From: Azolla caroliniana
Taxonomy: Eukaryota; Plantae; Polypodiophyta
Length of the DNA: 64,000 nucleotides
Assembly: GCA_043228905.1 (NCBI GenBank)
Contig: JBHGNT010000002.1
Location: 21,328,001-21,392,000, forward strand
Reading direction: 5' to 3'
Made by a program: the position numbers and the translations under genes. How positions within the stretch are numbered: position 1 is the first letter of the stretch; each line of letters begins with the position of its first letter. The notes below the pieces were generated by a model. The model was not told the DNA's origin. It saw nothing but the letters and a program-made list of their open reading frames with translations, and did not search any database. Of the stretch, positions 13,227 through 23,968 are shown piece after piece.

Positions 13227-13352
13227 GTTCTCTCTTTTTCTTTGCCCAAACTTTACTTATCTATAGTTCCTATCCTAAACTGTATATTCATTCCGCTCTT
13301 TGCTCTTCATGCTCACCATTAGCTAATTGGTACCAATTGGTTGCCATCTACA

Positions 13353-13661
13353 ATGACACATTATTCCCTATTGCTCATTATTGCTACTATCATTTTTGTT
13401 GTCCAACCACTGCCCATTGTTGCCGCAACCAATGACTTAAAAATTCTAGTTCCATTCAAAATGGGGTTTCAAGAGTTTGTGAATTGGAGTTCATCAGATG
13501 TACCACCTACATCCAATTCTACCTTCAATTTCTCCGGCTTTTCCGTTGAAGTCTTCCGACAATGTATTGAGAAACTGAATTACAGCTACACGCTAATTGG
13601 ATACGGTGATCGAAACCAAACCCCTAACTATAATGATCTCGTGCAAAAGCTTGTCTCTCAG
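13353..13661 (+). CDS. GLR: GLR-A exon 1: signal peptide plus start of S1
   Basis: ATG at 13353 with an in-frame TAG upstream at 13320. Hydrophobic N-terminus LLLIIATIIFVV. Donor CAG|GTCCTT. Confidence 0.85.
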
Positions 13662-16600
13662 GTCCTTTATTTTTTTAATTAAGTACAGCTCATCATAATG
13701 AAATTTAAGGATTGTCGGATTAAATAAGATAAATAATTCAACCTTTTGATTGTTTATAATACATCCAACTAGATGATCTATATGCATTCAAGCATTTGTG
13801 TGTGCTGGAATAGATGCTGGAAAATGCATAAGGGATCATGTCCATGCTCGGGCATTGTATCATGAATAGAGAGAAATCACTAAAAATATATTGTCCATGG
13901 AATACCTTGAAGTTATACTGAACAAAGACAGAAATATATCATTACCCTAAATATAATAGTTAGCTCCTCATACTAGATACTCTTGAAACTTATTAGGAAT
14001 GTTAACTATGTTTTAAATTTTGCGTTAATGAGTAGAGGATGTCCCAAACTAGTATTATATTTGCATTAAATTTCTCACATAACAATAATGCTAATTAGGA
14101 TTAGTAGCTTGCTTATATTGCATCTTAATGGTTCTATTTTATGTAAGTTATTCATTTCTCATCCGTCCTCCTTCAATTATGGAACTTCGAATATCAAAAT
14201 ATATTGAATGAGGAAATCTTCTCCTTCAAATTTATCTGAAGGACATCAACATTAGTCATGGGATGTTAATCGTACCCAACCATAGTCATGTTTGTGACCC
14301 AACACTTGTTACTTGGAACTATCTATGAATCCACCTATGGGATGTTATCTATCTATGGATCCTCCTATGATAGTTTGATCTTCATTCATGACCTAAACGC
14401 AACCTTGTTTGTGTGATTTCATTCCGGTTTATGTAGGCCAATGTTCCTAAGTGTGTAATTTCATTTTAATCATGTTTCATTGAATGAATACAAGTAATTT
14501 GGTAGCGTTTGAATGGACATCTGGAAATTAATTCCCATATAATAAACTAAGCAATGTTTGTCTGTCTTCTCTAGTAACTTATTCAAATTGATGTGTCAAC
14601 TACTTACAATGATATATAGATAGCATCCATGTTTTTATATTATGGTTTTGCTCATTTTTACAAATAACTATGGATGTTTCATGGTATGATCAAAAGGAGG
14701 TAGATGGGGTCGTCGCCGATTTGACAATAACTAGTGACCGATTAAAATTGGTGGACTTTACACAACCGTATATACAATCAAGCCTTCAAATGATCGTGCC
14801 ACTTAAATCAGAGCCTAACATCCATTTTTGGATACTATTAGCCCCCTTTTCTAGGGGCCTTTGGTTTAGCATTGTGGGAATGTTTGTGCTCACCATCATT
14901 TGTATCTTCATTGTGGAGCATGGCCGATCTGATGGTGAAAGTTGGAAAGCTGCACTCTCAAGATCATTCTGGTAAGCATTCCTTTCCTCATCACACTATT
15001 TCCATCAAACAATAACTTTCAAATGGCTATGTATTATTAGTCTATGATTTAAGTGCCTCTCACATAGAGATTCATTAAGCAAGCTCTTAATGGAACCAAG
15101 TCTTCCCTAACTTCCAAGACTACCGAATAGCTCATGCTCCATTTTCTTTCGAATGTTCTTTGGTAATTCATGCTAGAGTTCAAGGATTGTGCCTATTTTG
15201 ATCAATCATCCAATTTGTAGTTCACCCCTACATGTATTACCTACCCAATTTGTAGCCAACTCTAGTAGTTCTTGGGTTACAGAGGCCTCTAGACGTGGGT
15301 AGAAAAACAATGTCCTTCCGTGAACCTTCGAGCCTTTTTAATGAACTCCATGTTTTTATGTTCGTACTTCTATTTGGGACATAAAGTGTGTGGATAGATC
15401 TCATATATCATGCAACTTGAACGTTGCATCAAGGATTATTCGGAATTGTTTATCCTCTATACAAAACCAAGCGCGCGCTTGTTAAATTGGTGATATTGGG
15501 GAATTATTTCCAATACGAAAACCTGATGTTGATCTATGGATTACAAAGATTTTGTCCCAAAAATGGTCGTGATTGGGAACCTAGTATTCAATGGAATTTT
15601 GTAGAAGACAAAATTCCATCAAATATACAAATATAACCTGAATCTACAAATAATGATTGGTCAAACTGAAATATGGCATTAAAGTTTGGTATATATCTGG
15701 AAGTATGTGTGCTTGAAGGTATTACAAAATGTAAAGACATGCTTGCTTAGACAATTACCAAAATTTGGAGAGTTATTGTGCAAAAGGTGACACTCAACTA
15801 GCAAAATTAAAATTTTTGAAGTATTATGCCTTATGAATCCCTAACATGTTATATTAAAGTTTTAAGCACATGTTATATTAAAGTGATCTTTGAAAGAGAA
15901 TTCTAGAACACTAAGGAGGATGACTCAATTTGAACTTTCCAAAAAGCAACCTCAAAAGTTCCTCAAAAAAGTCTCTTTCCTATTTGTTCAAGGCATAGTT
16001 GTTAAAAAACGTGTATTCTACGTTTAGAGTATGTTTTAGAATACTCTGAAGTATTCTACACATATTCTACGTTTTAGAACTGTTGTTTTTAAAAATTTGA
16101 CGTATTCTACGTATTCAAAAAATTTGACATATTCTACGTATTCAACGTATTTAACAAGTCTTTATCATTTCAAAAAATATTTTCTGTTTTTTGAAAAAAA
16201 AAAACTTTAAAATTTAAGAAGTATTTAACGTATTTTACAAGTATTCTAAGTATTCTAAACGTATTCTACACGTATTCTAAACGTATTTAATGTACTTTAT
16301 CTATAAAATACGTATTCTAAGAATTTTTAAAAAAAAAGTTAGAATACTTAGAATATGTATTGTACGCGTATTTTATGCTAAGTATTTTACAACAATGGTT
16401 CAAGGAGAAGCATTTTGGATTATCACAAATGTTTAAAAGGTTCAAGATTAAGATAAAGGTCGGTCTGACTAGTTGGCCTATTGTCCTTCACTTGAATCAA
16501 CCATCGATTTAGTCAACCCACAAGTCGACTCGTTGGTCAATCTGGTCGACCTGATTGGTCGATTCTCCATTCCATCCAATCAGTTGACTACCAAGTTGAC

Positions 16601-18868
16601 TCGTTGGTCGATTCAACTGATCAACCGAACTTTGATTGTTGACTTCTCTCATTTGGTCGCCGACTTCTCCCTTTAGGAGGGATAAACTCATACCAAGAAA
16701 GCACACAATGGTTGTGAAACCGATGATGTATACTTTGATGACAATGTGGTGAACAAAAACCAAGTATAGAAATGGGAGAGAATAAGGTTTCCCTATCAAA
16801 TATATTGTTAGCAGAGGATATGTATCATCCTAACCATGGTGAGAATATGAAAAGAGAAAACTAAAAATATCTTGAGGATGTATAGAGGCCAAAGGTTTCA
16901 AAACACGTGCTAAGCCGATTGATGCTCATGGAGTTGTAGCTCCACACATGTCTTGGCATTTTGCAAATAGATATGTACACACCATGGTTTATTAGATTGT
17001 GGAGGGCAGCCTTGTTTTGAGGAATCCATGTCATGTGAGGATAACCACAAATGTAGTGTCTCATGAAATTTTAGATACTAGTTGCTATATCCAAAAGCAA
17101 AACTTGTGTTTTTGTAAACTACATAAATCATTACAATTTAAATAGGTATATAATTAAGATGAACCTTACCTTAGCCAATCCACTATTATAATATTCATGT
17201 ACCTTTTTAACGTTTCTCTAGTCACTATATATCATTGTATTTGTGCTAATTATTGTAGCATTTTGTATGATTATCAATATAATAGTTTTTTGAATGGCAA
17301 CCAAGTGGCTAGAATGCATTGAGGTTAGGTTGTAAGGATGCAGTGATCTAGGTGTACTATAGTTAGAGAGGTTCAAATATTGTAAAACCATTCATGATCG
17401 GCACATATCATTATCAACATTCGTTATGACGCCATCCATGACATTTATCAACATTCTTGATGTTGTGTCATGTATATCTCTCTCTCCTTCTCACTTATTG
17501 CTGGTTTTTTATCTATTAGACAACATGTCTTTATCTTTCCATTATGTCTCATTTCTACATGCAGGAAAAAGTGTCCAACAATTGTTGTATGTTTTATTGT
17601 AGTAATGTAGTGTTAGGAACTTACTTTTCTTCAAGATTTTTGCCTTAAATCCCTAAACATATAATTATTTCTAATTTTTATACTTTGAATTTTGTAATGC
17701 CAATGTACAGGCTCACATCCATGGCAATATTCTTTTCCCATAGTAAGTACACATTCCAAAAATGCACAAGGATAAAACAATTATACCATGATATTATATA
17801 CAAATAACTTTCTAAGAAAAGCTCTAGACAATTGAATATTATTAAAACAACTGCAATTCTTGGTAGGGGAGAATACCACGACACAGTTAGGTAAAGCAGT
17901 GATACTATTTTGGCTTGTTGCTGTACTGATATTTACGTCAAGTTATACGGCTAGCTTGTCATCAATAATAATAGCACAACAACAACAACAACAAACTCCA
18001 ATCATTAGAAGTTTTCAAGACCTACAAAATTCTCGATTACATATAGGATGCCAAGAAGGATCATTCACACTAGAGTACTTAAAGAATCACTTACAGATTT
18101 CTTTAGATAGGCTTATAGAATTGGATACTGACAAGAATTATGTTGATGCATTGAATTTGAATGAGGTGGCAGCAATTATTGATGAGTCACCTTATATAGA
18201 GACCTTCCTTACAAGTTTGGGATGCGACTATACGATTGTTGATTCAAACATTGTTTACTTTGGCGGCTTCTCATTTGTAAGTATTGTTTATTTAATTGTA
18301 GCATGTCATCTAGTTTTATTTTTTAATGCATGCCATAATAATGATACAACCAATACATATAATACTTTTGAGACAAGTACTCAACTAGCGAACTTAATAT
18401 ATTTAACTCACATGTCATTATTTAATTACTTTGATCGAGTGAAATCACTAAATATTTATGTAGGATTATCTCCTGAAATAAAATGAACCAACTAACCATG
18501 GTACAAAAAGAAATAGTATGTAAATATACATTTAAAATAAAAACTAATATCATAAGGATTTCCCTCCCATCTTGCAGGCATTTCAAAAGAACTCATCCTT
18601 AACAAATGATATGTCACTTTCTATCATATCTTTAGAAGAATCTGGTGAGCTTCAAGAACTTAAGAATAAATGGCTTGGTTCTCGACAATGTACAACAACC
18701 ACTACTACCACAAAAATGTCTTTCTATAGTTATTTGGGTGTACTTTGTATCATAATTGTATTGTATCTTGCGTGTGTATTACTAAGATGTTTGTATTGTC
18801 GACCCTCATCAACAGTATCACATAATCGTCAAGGATTTGTGGAAATGACCGAGAATCAAAATCAATAG
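13353..18868 (+). CDS. GLR: Glutamate receptor-like channel subunit lacking the amino-terminal domain, copy A (438 aa); join(13353-13661,14697-14971,17711-17742,17867-18276,18578-18868)
   Basis: Five GT-AG exons join in frame (309+275+32+410+291 = 1317 nt). Order: signal peptide, LKILVP, GFSVEVF, YNDLV, DGVVADLTITSDR..VDFTQPY (S1), PFS..LW (M1), FFSHRENT (pore), SSYTASL (M3), GCQEGSF and IIDESPY (S2), GGFSFAF, ESGELQEL..KW, M4. Confidence 0.92.
14697..14971 (+). CDS. GLR: GLR-A exon 2: S1 core and M1
   Basis: Acceptor AAG|GAG. Encodes EVDGVVADLTITSDR..DFTQPY. Donor TG|GTAAGC splits the Trp codon. Confidence 0.9.
15994..16397. mobile_element. hAT-type MITE in GLR-A intron 2
   Basis: 8-bp TSD gttcaagg (15986-15993 and 16398-16405). 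Imperfect TIRs catagttgttaaaa / ttttacaacaatg. Internal acgtattct repeats. Empty site in copy B at ~52151. Confidence 0.85.
16457..16695 (-). mobile_element. Truncated remnant of the intronic solo LTR that is complete in copy B (52845-53460)
   Basis: Aligns to ~53243-53460 and is followed by the same agaaagcacac flank. Confidence 0.75.
17711..17742 (+). CDS. GLR: GLR-A exon 3: 32-nt pore-loop (M2) microexon
   Basis: tacag|GCTCACATCCATGGCAATATTCTTTTCCCATA|gtaagt encodes (W)LTSMAIFFSH(R) and restores frame between exons 2 and 4. Confidence 0.9.
17867..18276 (+). CDS. GLR: GLR-A exon 4: M3 and S2
   Basis: Acceptor TAG|GG. Encodes RENT..SSYTASL..GSF..DESPY..GGFSF. Donor TTT|GTAAGT. Confidence 0.92.
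18578..18868 (+). CDS. GLR: GLR-A exon 5: end of S2, M4 and short C-tail
   Basis: Acceptor TGCAG|GCA. Encodes AFQKNS..ESGELQELKNKW..C..M4, then TAG. AATAAA at 18884. Confidence 0.9.
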   Translation, partial: AFQKNSSLTNDMSLSIISLEESGELQELKNKWLGSRQCTTTTTTTKMSFYSYLGVLCIIIVLYLACVLLRCLYCRPSSTVSHNRQGFVEMTENQNQ

Positions 18869-19157
18869 CCTTTTCAAGCAAGAAATAAAAATATATCAAT
18901 AAAATCATTTAATGTGGTGGAATAATTAACATAGAGTTATAAAAGTTCTTGTAATTTAGTAATTCATTATTATATTTTATGTTGAGAGAAAGCTTAGATT
19001 TCAAGTTACATATTATGTGAAAATGATTAAACATGTACAGATATTGTATACATGTGGTGGAAATAAGATGTTATTGCCTATCTGAAGCTCAGTACTTTGC
19101 GTAATCATTGCTAGAAACATGCCATATTATTGTAATTAGGTTTTTGTTTATCAAAAT

Positions 19158-19591
19158 TGTTGAGCGAGCAAGGTCAACCGGATCCGGATCGGCTAAATAA
19201 GCTAGAGCCGGATCGGTATCCGGAACGAAGAACCGGATCGGTGTTCAGATGATATCCGAAACTAGGAGTCGGATCGGATTCAAACCAGTATGCTGTTAGA
19301 GGCCTATGGATCTCGCCTAGTACGTAGGCATATTTTTGGGAGTCAGTATCAGTCGCTCGTGTGAGCATTGAAATACTTGTCAGTCCTTTATGGACTTGTA
19401 TAAAAGTGCTCTCTGATCACATTCTATGTACAAAGGATTGTTTTTTTTTTAATTGAGTTTTATGTTCTGCTCTCTCTCTGTCTCTCCCGTGTATGCTAAG
19501 TGCTCTCAAGCTTCCATTGAGCCTGTGTTTATTCTCTATCACTACCCGGCTAAACCGGTTTTGTGAAAGCTTCCACACGCTAACTTTCACA
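19158..19591 (+). mobile_element. Copia solo LTR (family of the 33186-33616 LTR), ~290 bp downstream of the GLR-A stop
   Basis: TGTTGAGC...TTCACA termini match 33186-33616. No PBS or PPT adjacent. Flanks aaaat / caaat (4 of 5 TSD match). Confidence 0.85.
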
Positions 19592-19729
19592 CAAATATAT
19601 GTCAAATGTTCACAAATAAAACGAAAACCATATGTAGTATATTGATTCCTCACACGACGGGTGAGTAGGAGGCAGAGTGGAGGAGGGGCAGGTCCCGTCT
19701 TTCCTAAGGAGTGGGGGAGCACACGCACA

Positions 19730-20169
19730 CTTCCTCAAGCAGAAAGGATCAAGTGCGGGAACACAACAACCAAAGTAGTGCTCTCCCTATTGAGATCATA
19801 TTTAAGTAGCACGGGATGCTACTCTTGGAGAAGAAGATAGACCTCCTTGAGCAAGTAGTGGTCATATGTCGCGTGGTGGGAGCATGTCCGAATAGAGGGT
19901 TGCATCAAGATATACTACAAGGAAAAAACCACCCACCAATAGGTGGAAGGGGTTTTATCTAATTATCTTGGAGGACAAGGACTCTACAAAGAAACTCATA
20001 GCAATGTCCCCTTGCCACATCCAAAACACACAAATGGGTACATGGTTTTAATCCAGTGACAGGCGTACAGCTAGAAGATTCAATGAAAAAGCTAATGATG
20101 TTGTTTCTTGGTTTATTTTTGGAATACAATGCTTCCCACTATTGGAAATTCCTTCGAAATGATGTTGTA
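19730..20169 (+). mobile_element. L1-like LINE ORF1 fragment (homologous to 56929-57398)
   Basis: Aligns to 56929-57398. Encodes GFYLIILEDKDSTKKLIAMSPCHIQN and HGFNP, typical of the plant L1 ORF1 N-terminal region. Confidence 0.6.
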
Positions 20170-21946
20170 CGCAACGACTAACGGAAGCAGAAGCCGAGCG
20201 ATCAGAAATCGTTGAATTCGGCATGTCACTTGAAGGACTAGTGGCAAGATGGCATGAGAAGCACCTCCTGAGAAGCTTCGCACTAGTCGAACAATTTATA
20301 CGACATATCAAGAAGCCAACGAGGCCATTCCCCAATTTATCATTTGGTTTCAGACATTGAATAATCATCTTACAAGGGCATCCCTAGAGGATGAAGCAAA
20401 GGGAGTCTTTTTTGCTGCGCTCCGGGAGCCACTCTGGACAATGCTTATAGTGTTGTATTTCCGACAGAACACCAGCAATAAAGTCATTGATCGGGTTCTT
20501 GACATGGATCGAGCCCAAAACGGAAACTACATGGCGATGGGGGCCTTGCAACATGTGCTACCGAGAGAGGAGGATGTGCAATTTAGGCAAGCATTGCAGT
20601 GCACAACGTGTCTCAACCCCGAACATTCCACACTAGAATGCACCATGAGCACCCAATGCATGTTGTGTCACACTCGGTCACACTCCATGGACCAGTGTGA
20701 GTACAATTTATTAAATCGGCAGGCATCATCGGTCTGACAGATGGAGCTCCGAGACGACCAACGACTAGAGGAGCGGTTCCGATGAGAGAACTCTTACGAT
20801 AACAGACAAAGAGAGGATTATGTTTGGGACCGCTATGAACGAGATTACTCGCTAGATTATGACCAGAGAAGAGGCGAAATATGGTACTTGGAGAGGCAAG
20901 GATACCACAACCGGAGAAACCCGAATAATAGAAGGGGGAATTTCTGATAGGATCAGCATCGGGAGTAAAACCGGGAATACCGTCGGGGACTGGACACGAA
21001 TCCGTCCACCCCACAACCGGAGTAGCGAAGGACGGAGGAGGAAAACAAGATGGCTTCCAGCATCCAACTGGGTAATGCCGAAAAGGGAGAATCGAGTGGT
21101 ATCCGGAAATTATATTGTTACTATTGTCGGCAAGAAGGCCACTACAATAGCTAGTGCCCGGTAAAGACCAAGGAGAAACAACCGACAGTGAATTGAGTGG
21201 TGACTACCAAGGTGATGGATGTTTAACAAGAAATGACACGGTCCAAAGGGAAGGCTGCAAAGTGGGAGACCCAAGAAGCAATCCGGACGCAGGCCACAGA
21301 ATGGATACAACATGCCAATCAAAGGAACACGGACAAATTGAAATAATAGGCCAAGTTACCAAAAGAAACGATTGGGAGCACCGACAACAACCCAACCTAG
21401 TAGGCCTTACAACAATGTAAGATTATGTTGCCACTATGCCGACTCTTGCAGTTGGTTCCCAGATTTATGGAAGGGTTAAAATTGGCATTGTCACCACAAA
21501 ATCCGGCGTCGTCACCCTCATTTTTCACAAATCCAGGGGAAGGATCGGCCATAGTGGACACAAATAGTTCGGCAGTGACAACCATCATAAAGGGAAACGA
21601 GGTACCCGTAACGATTATAGATGGAGGATCTAGCGTGAATATGATCATCCGACGGACTTGCGATATGCAGGGCATCCGACATTGGGAACCGTGCCCATTC
21701 TGGATACATATGACAGATACAAGTTTGGTCCGGCCAACCGGATTAATCCGGAACCTTGAAGTCACGATCGAAGGACATGCGTTCTGGATTTCAACAGTAC
21801 TATTGCAACTCAATGCGACGGGAGCATATCCTCTATTAGTAGGAAGACCGTGGCTGAAGACAGTGCACATTAAACAAAATTGGCAAAAGAACGTGATCAC
21901 TTTCTGACGAGGAAAAACCAAAGTCAGGGTACCAACACATGAACGG
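20170..21946 (+). mobile_element. Ty3/gypsy gag-protease fragment, decayed
   Basis: CCHC knuckles CTTC..H..C and CMLC..H..C (20357-20737). Aspartic protease IIDGGSSVN..LLVGRPWL (21425-21907). Confidence 0.75.
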
Positions 21947-23968
21947 TGTCATGAAGGATTCCAGCCATAGAGAGAGACATAGCCCGATGCGCGTGAACAG
22001 GTGTGCACGGTTGCACACAAATTAAGTGATATGTACAAACATATGTGAATACTATAGTGTTAGTTTAGTGTTGGTGATTACTAGGTAGGTGTGAATGATA
22101 GGTACTTTATGGTCACACAATTAAAGGAATAACGGTGATTGAGTGGAGGAGATCGAGCAAAGAACTAGGTAGGACAGAAAACGATTGCCTTTATTGATGA
22201 TTTAACGACTTCCCCTTGTTCTATAAAAGGGGAGGTTAGAGGTTGTTTTAGGGATCCACGATTTGGAGGACGAAGTGTTGTTGGTTTGAGTGTCGAGCTC
22301 TCTCTCTCTCCCTCCCTCCCTCGCTCTTTGTTTTGTGTTCCGTGCTGATTCGGGAAAGAAGGTGAAGCCTCTGCTCCCTCAAGAAGCCTGTGGGCTCCCG
22401 ACTAGAGGTTCATCATTTTGTGCATGTTTGTGGTGGTCGTAGTTCAAAGCACCATTGTTGACCAAGTCCGGTTGTATTCTTTCGTTTTCTGTTAATCATT
22501 AGTGTTTTGTTGTGTCTCTTCTTGTGTTTGGGTATTCCTGCGTGGTTCCTACTTGTTGCAGTTTGCTACGCCTCGAGATCGTGTCATTATTCTCATTATG
22601 TTCCTATTGTGCACGCGTCCGAGTCCGTGAGCCTATGAGCTCATTGTTGTTGTTTGGCATTCCGACCAAAACAATACACTTCTTCAGGCCCATGCGCTAA
22701 CCGGCCGGGATCCGGGAATCGTTCGGATTGGATACGCATCTCGAAACTAAACCAGCAAAGCTATCAAGACGTCGTTTCACGCCGCCATTCACCCTTACCG
22801 ACTCCTTAGTATGATATCCCAGTGGTCCTGCCCCCTTTCTACACATCCACGTAGAATACCGCGACATCTTTGGTAAACCCAAAATGAAGGCAGCAGAAGA
22901 GTCCGAAGATGAGGGGAAACGAACTGGCTGAAGTAATGGCGGTGATTGTCGACTGTCTGGTTAACGCTCGTGAAAGCACCAATGGGCTCTACAAGTCCGT
23001 AGAAACAATACTAGGCATGACAGGACGTTTCAACGGGAAGGATGTCACGAACTACCTCGACGCCTTCAACGCCGAGATGTTGATGAGGGATATTCCAGAC
23101 GATAGACGGTTGTCCGCATTTCCCCGAGTTGTTACGCCGAGCATCCACGCAGAGGTGCTCGAGTTGCAGGCCGACTGCCGAACTTGGCCGGAGTTCAAGG
23201 AGTGGCTCCTTCTATGACTTGATCCGGTTGTCAGAGAGGGAGCTGATGAAGTGGGTCAAGAGCCCTAGTGACGGGACGAGCAGATTGGCGCTCCTCCAAG
23301 AGTTTGAAAGACGATTCAATGTGCTACTCTCGGCGCTAAACCGGACCATGCTCAATACAAGCAAGGTCCTGTTGTTTATCAAGTAGGTCGATGTGCTCGA
23401 TCAAGAGAAGGTTGGCCTCCCATTGGATACAGAAGAAGGGGCACGACTAATTGGGCTGTGGTAAAAAGGGTTTGTAGCCGTTTTGACAAACGGGGAGAAC
23501 AGAATGACGCGGGACCTCGACGGTTGGCTCAGTCGCTGGGAAAAAGCCGGATGAATTGATTCCAACACGATCGAGGGAGACACCAAGATGGATCGAGTAG
23601 GGCAAGGTACCGGCCGACGTGGTGAAAGGACCATCCGGGGGCACAACTCTAGAGGAGCTAACAAAGATGGTAAGAGACCTTCATATTGCCCAAGCCTGGA
23701 GGGAGGGTGGCGGCCAAACGCGCGATCGGCGCCCACCGAATGACCAGAGGTACATGTGGTGTGACGCCGTCCGCCACATGCGGAGAGAGTGCACCAATTT
23801 CGCTGAAGCACTCAAGAACAATGTTGTGTACCTCTGGAACGGAGGGGTGCATGCATGTGACACGCAAAGGCCTCTCGGGGTGAACACCAGACAAGGTTGC
23901 ATGAAGAGGCTAATGGAGGCCATTCACTACTCGGTGTCGGCAGGGATCCCGGTAGGTTGAGATAAGGG

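Larger units (their letters stand above)
11000..19033 (+). repeat. Tandem segmental duplication, copy A (homologous to 45208-55809)
   Basis: Collinear similarity from ggtgtgaagttttgcttgtgtacgctagttg (11000 and 45208) to gtgaaaatgattaaaca (~19033 and ~55809), covering promoter, exons, introns and 3' UTR. Confidence 0.95.

Noticed and set aside
13290-13352. Possible splice acceptor (..cattag|cta) that could link upstream ATD exons
   Set aside because: No ATD-coding sequence is visible upstream of either copy, the WPG..PxGW-type ATD-LBD linker is absent, and a signal peptide follows the ATG. Disfavoured, but needs cDNA to exclude.
14670-14975. ORF-track entries at 14670, 17860, 18572, 49527, 54651 and 55374 as separate small genes
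   Set aside because: They are exons of the two spliced GLR genes extended into intron sequence.
13353-18868. Horizontal acquisition of a bacterial GluR0-like channel
   Set aside because: The gene has M4, plant GLR motifs and canonical GLR intron positions including the microexon, and no K+-channel TVGYG filter.
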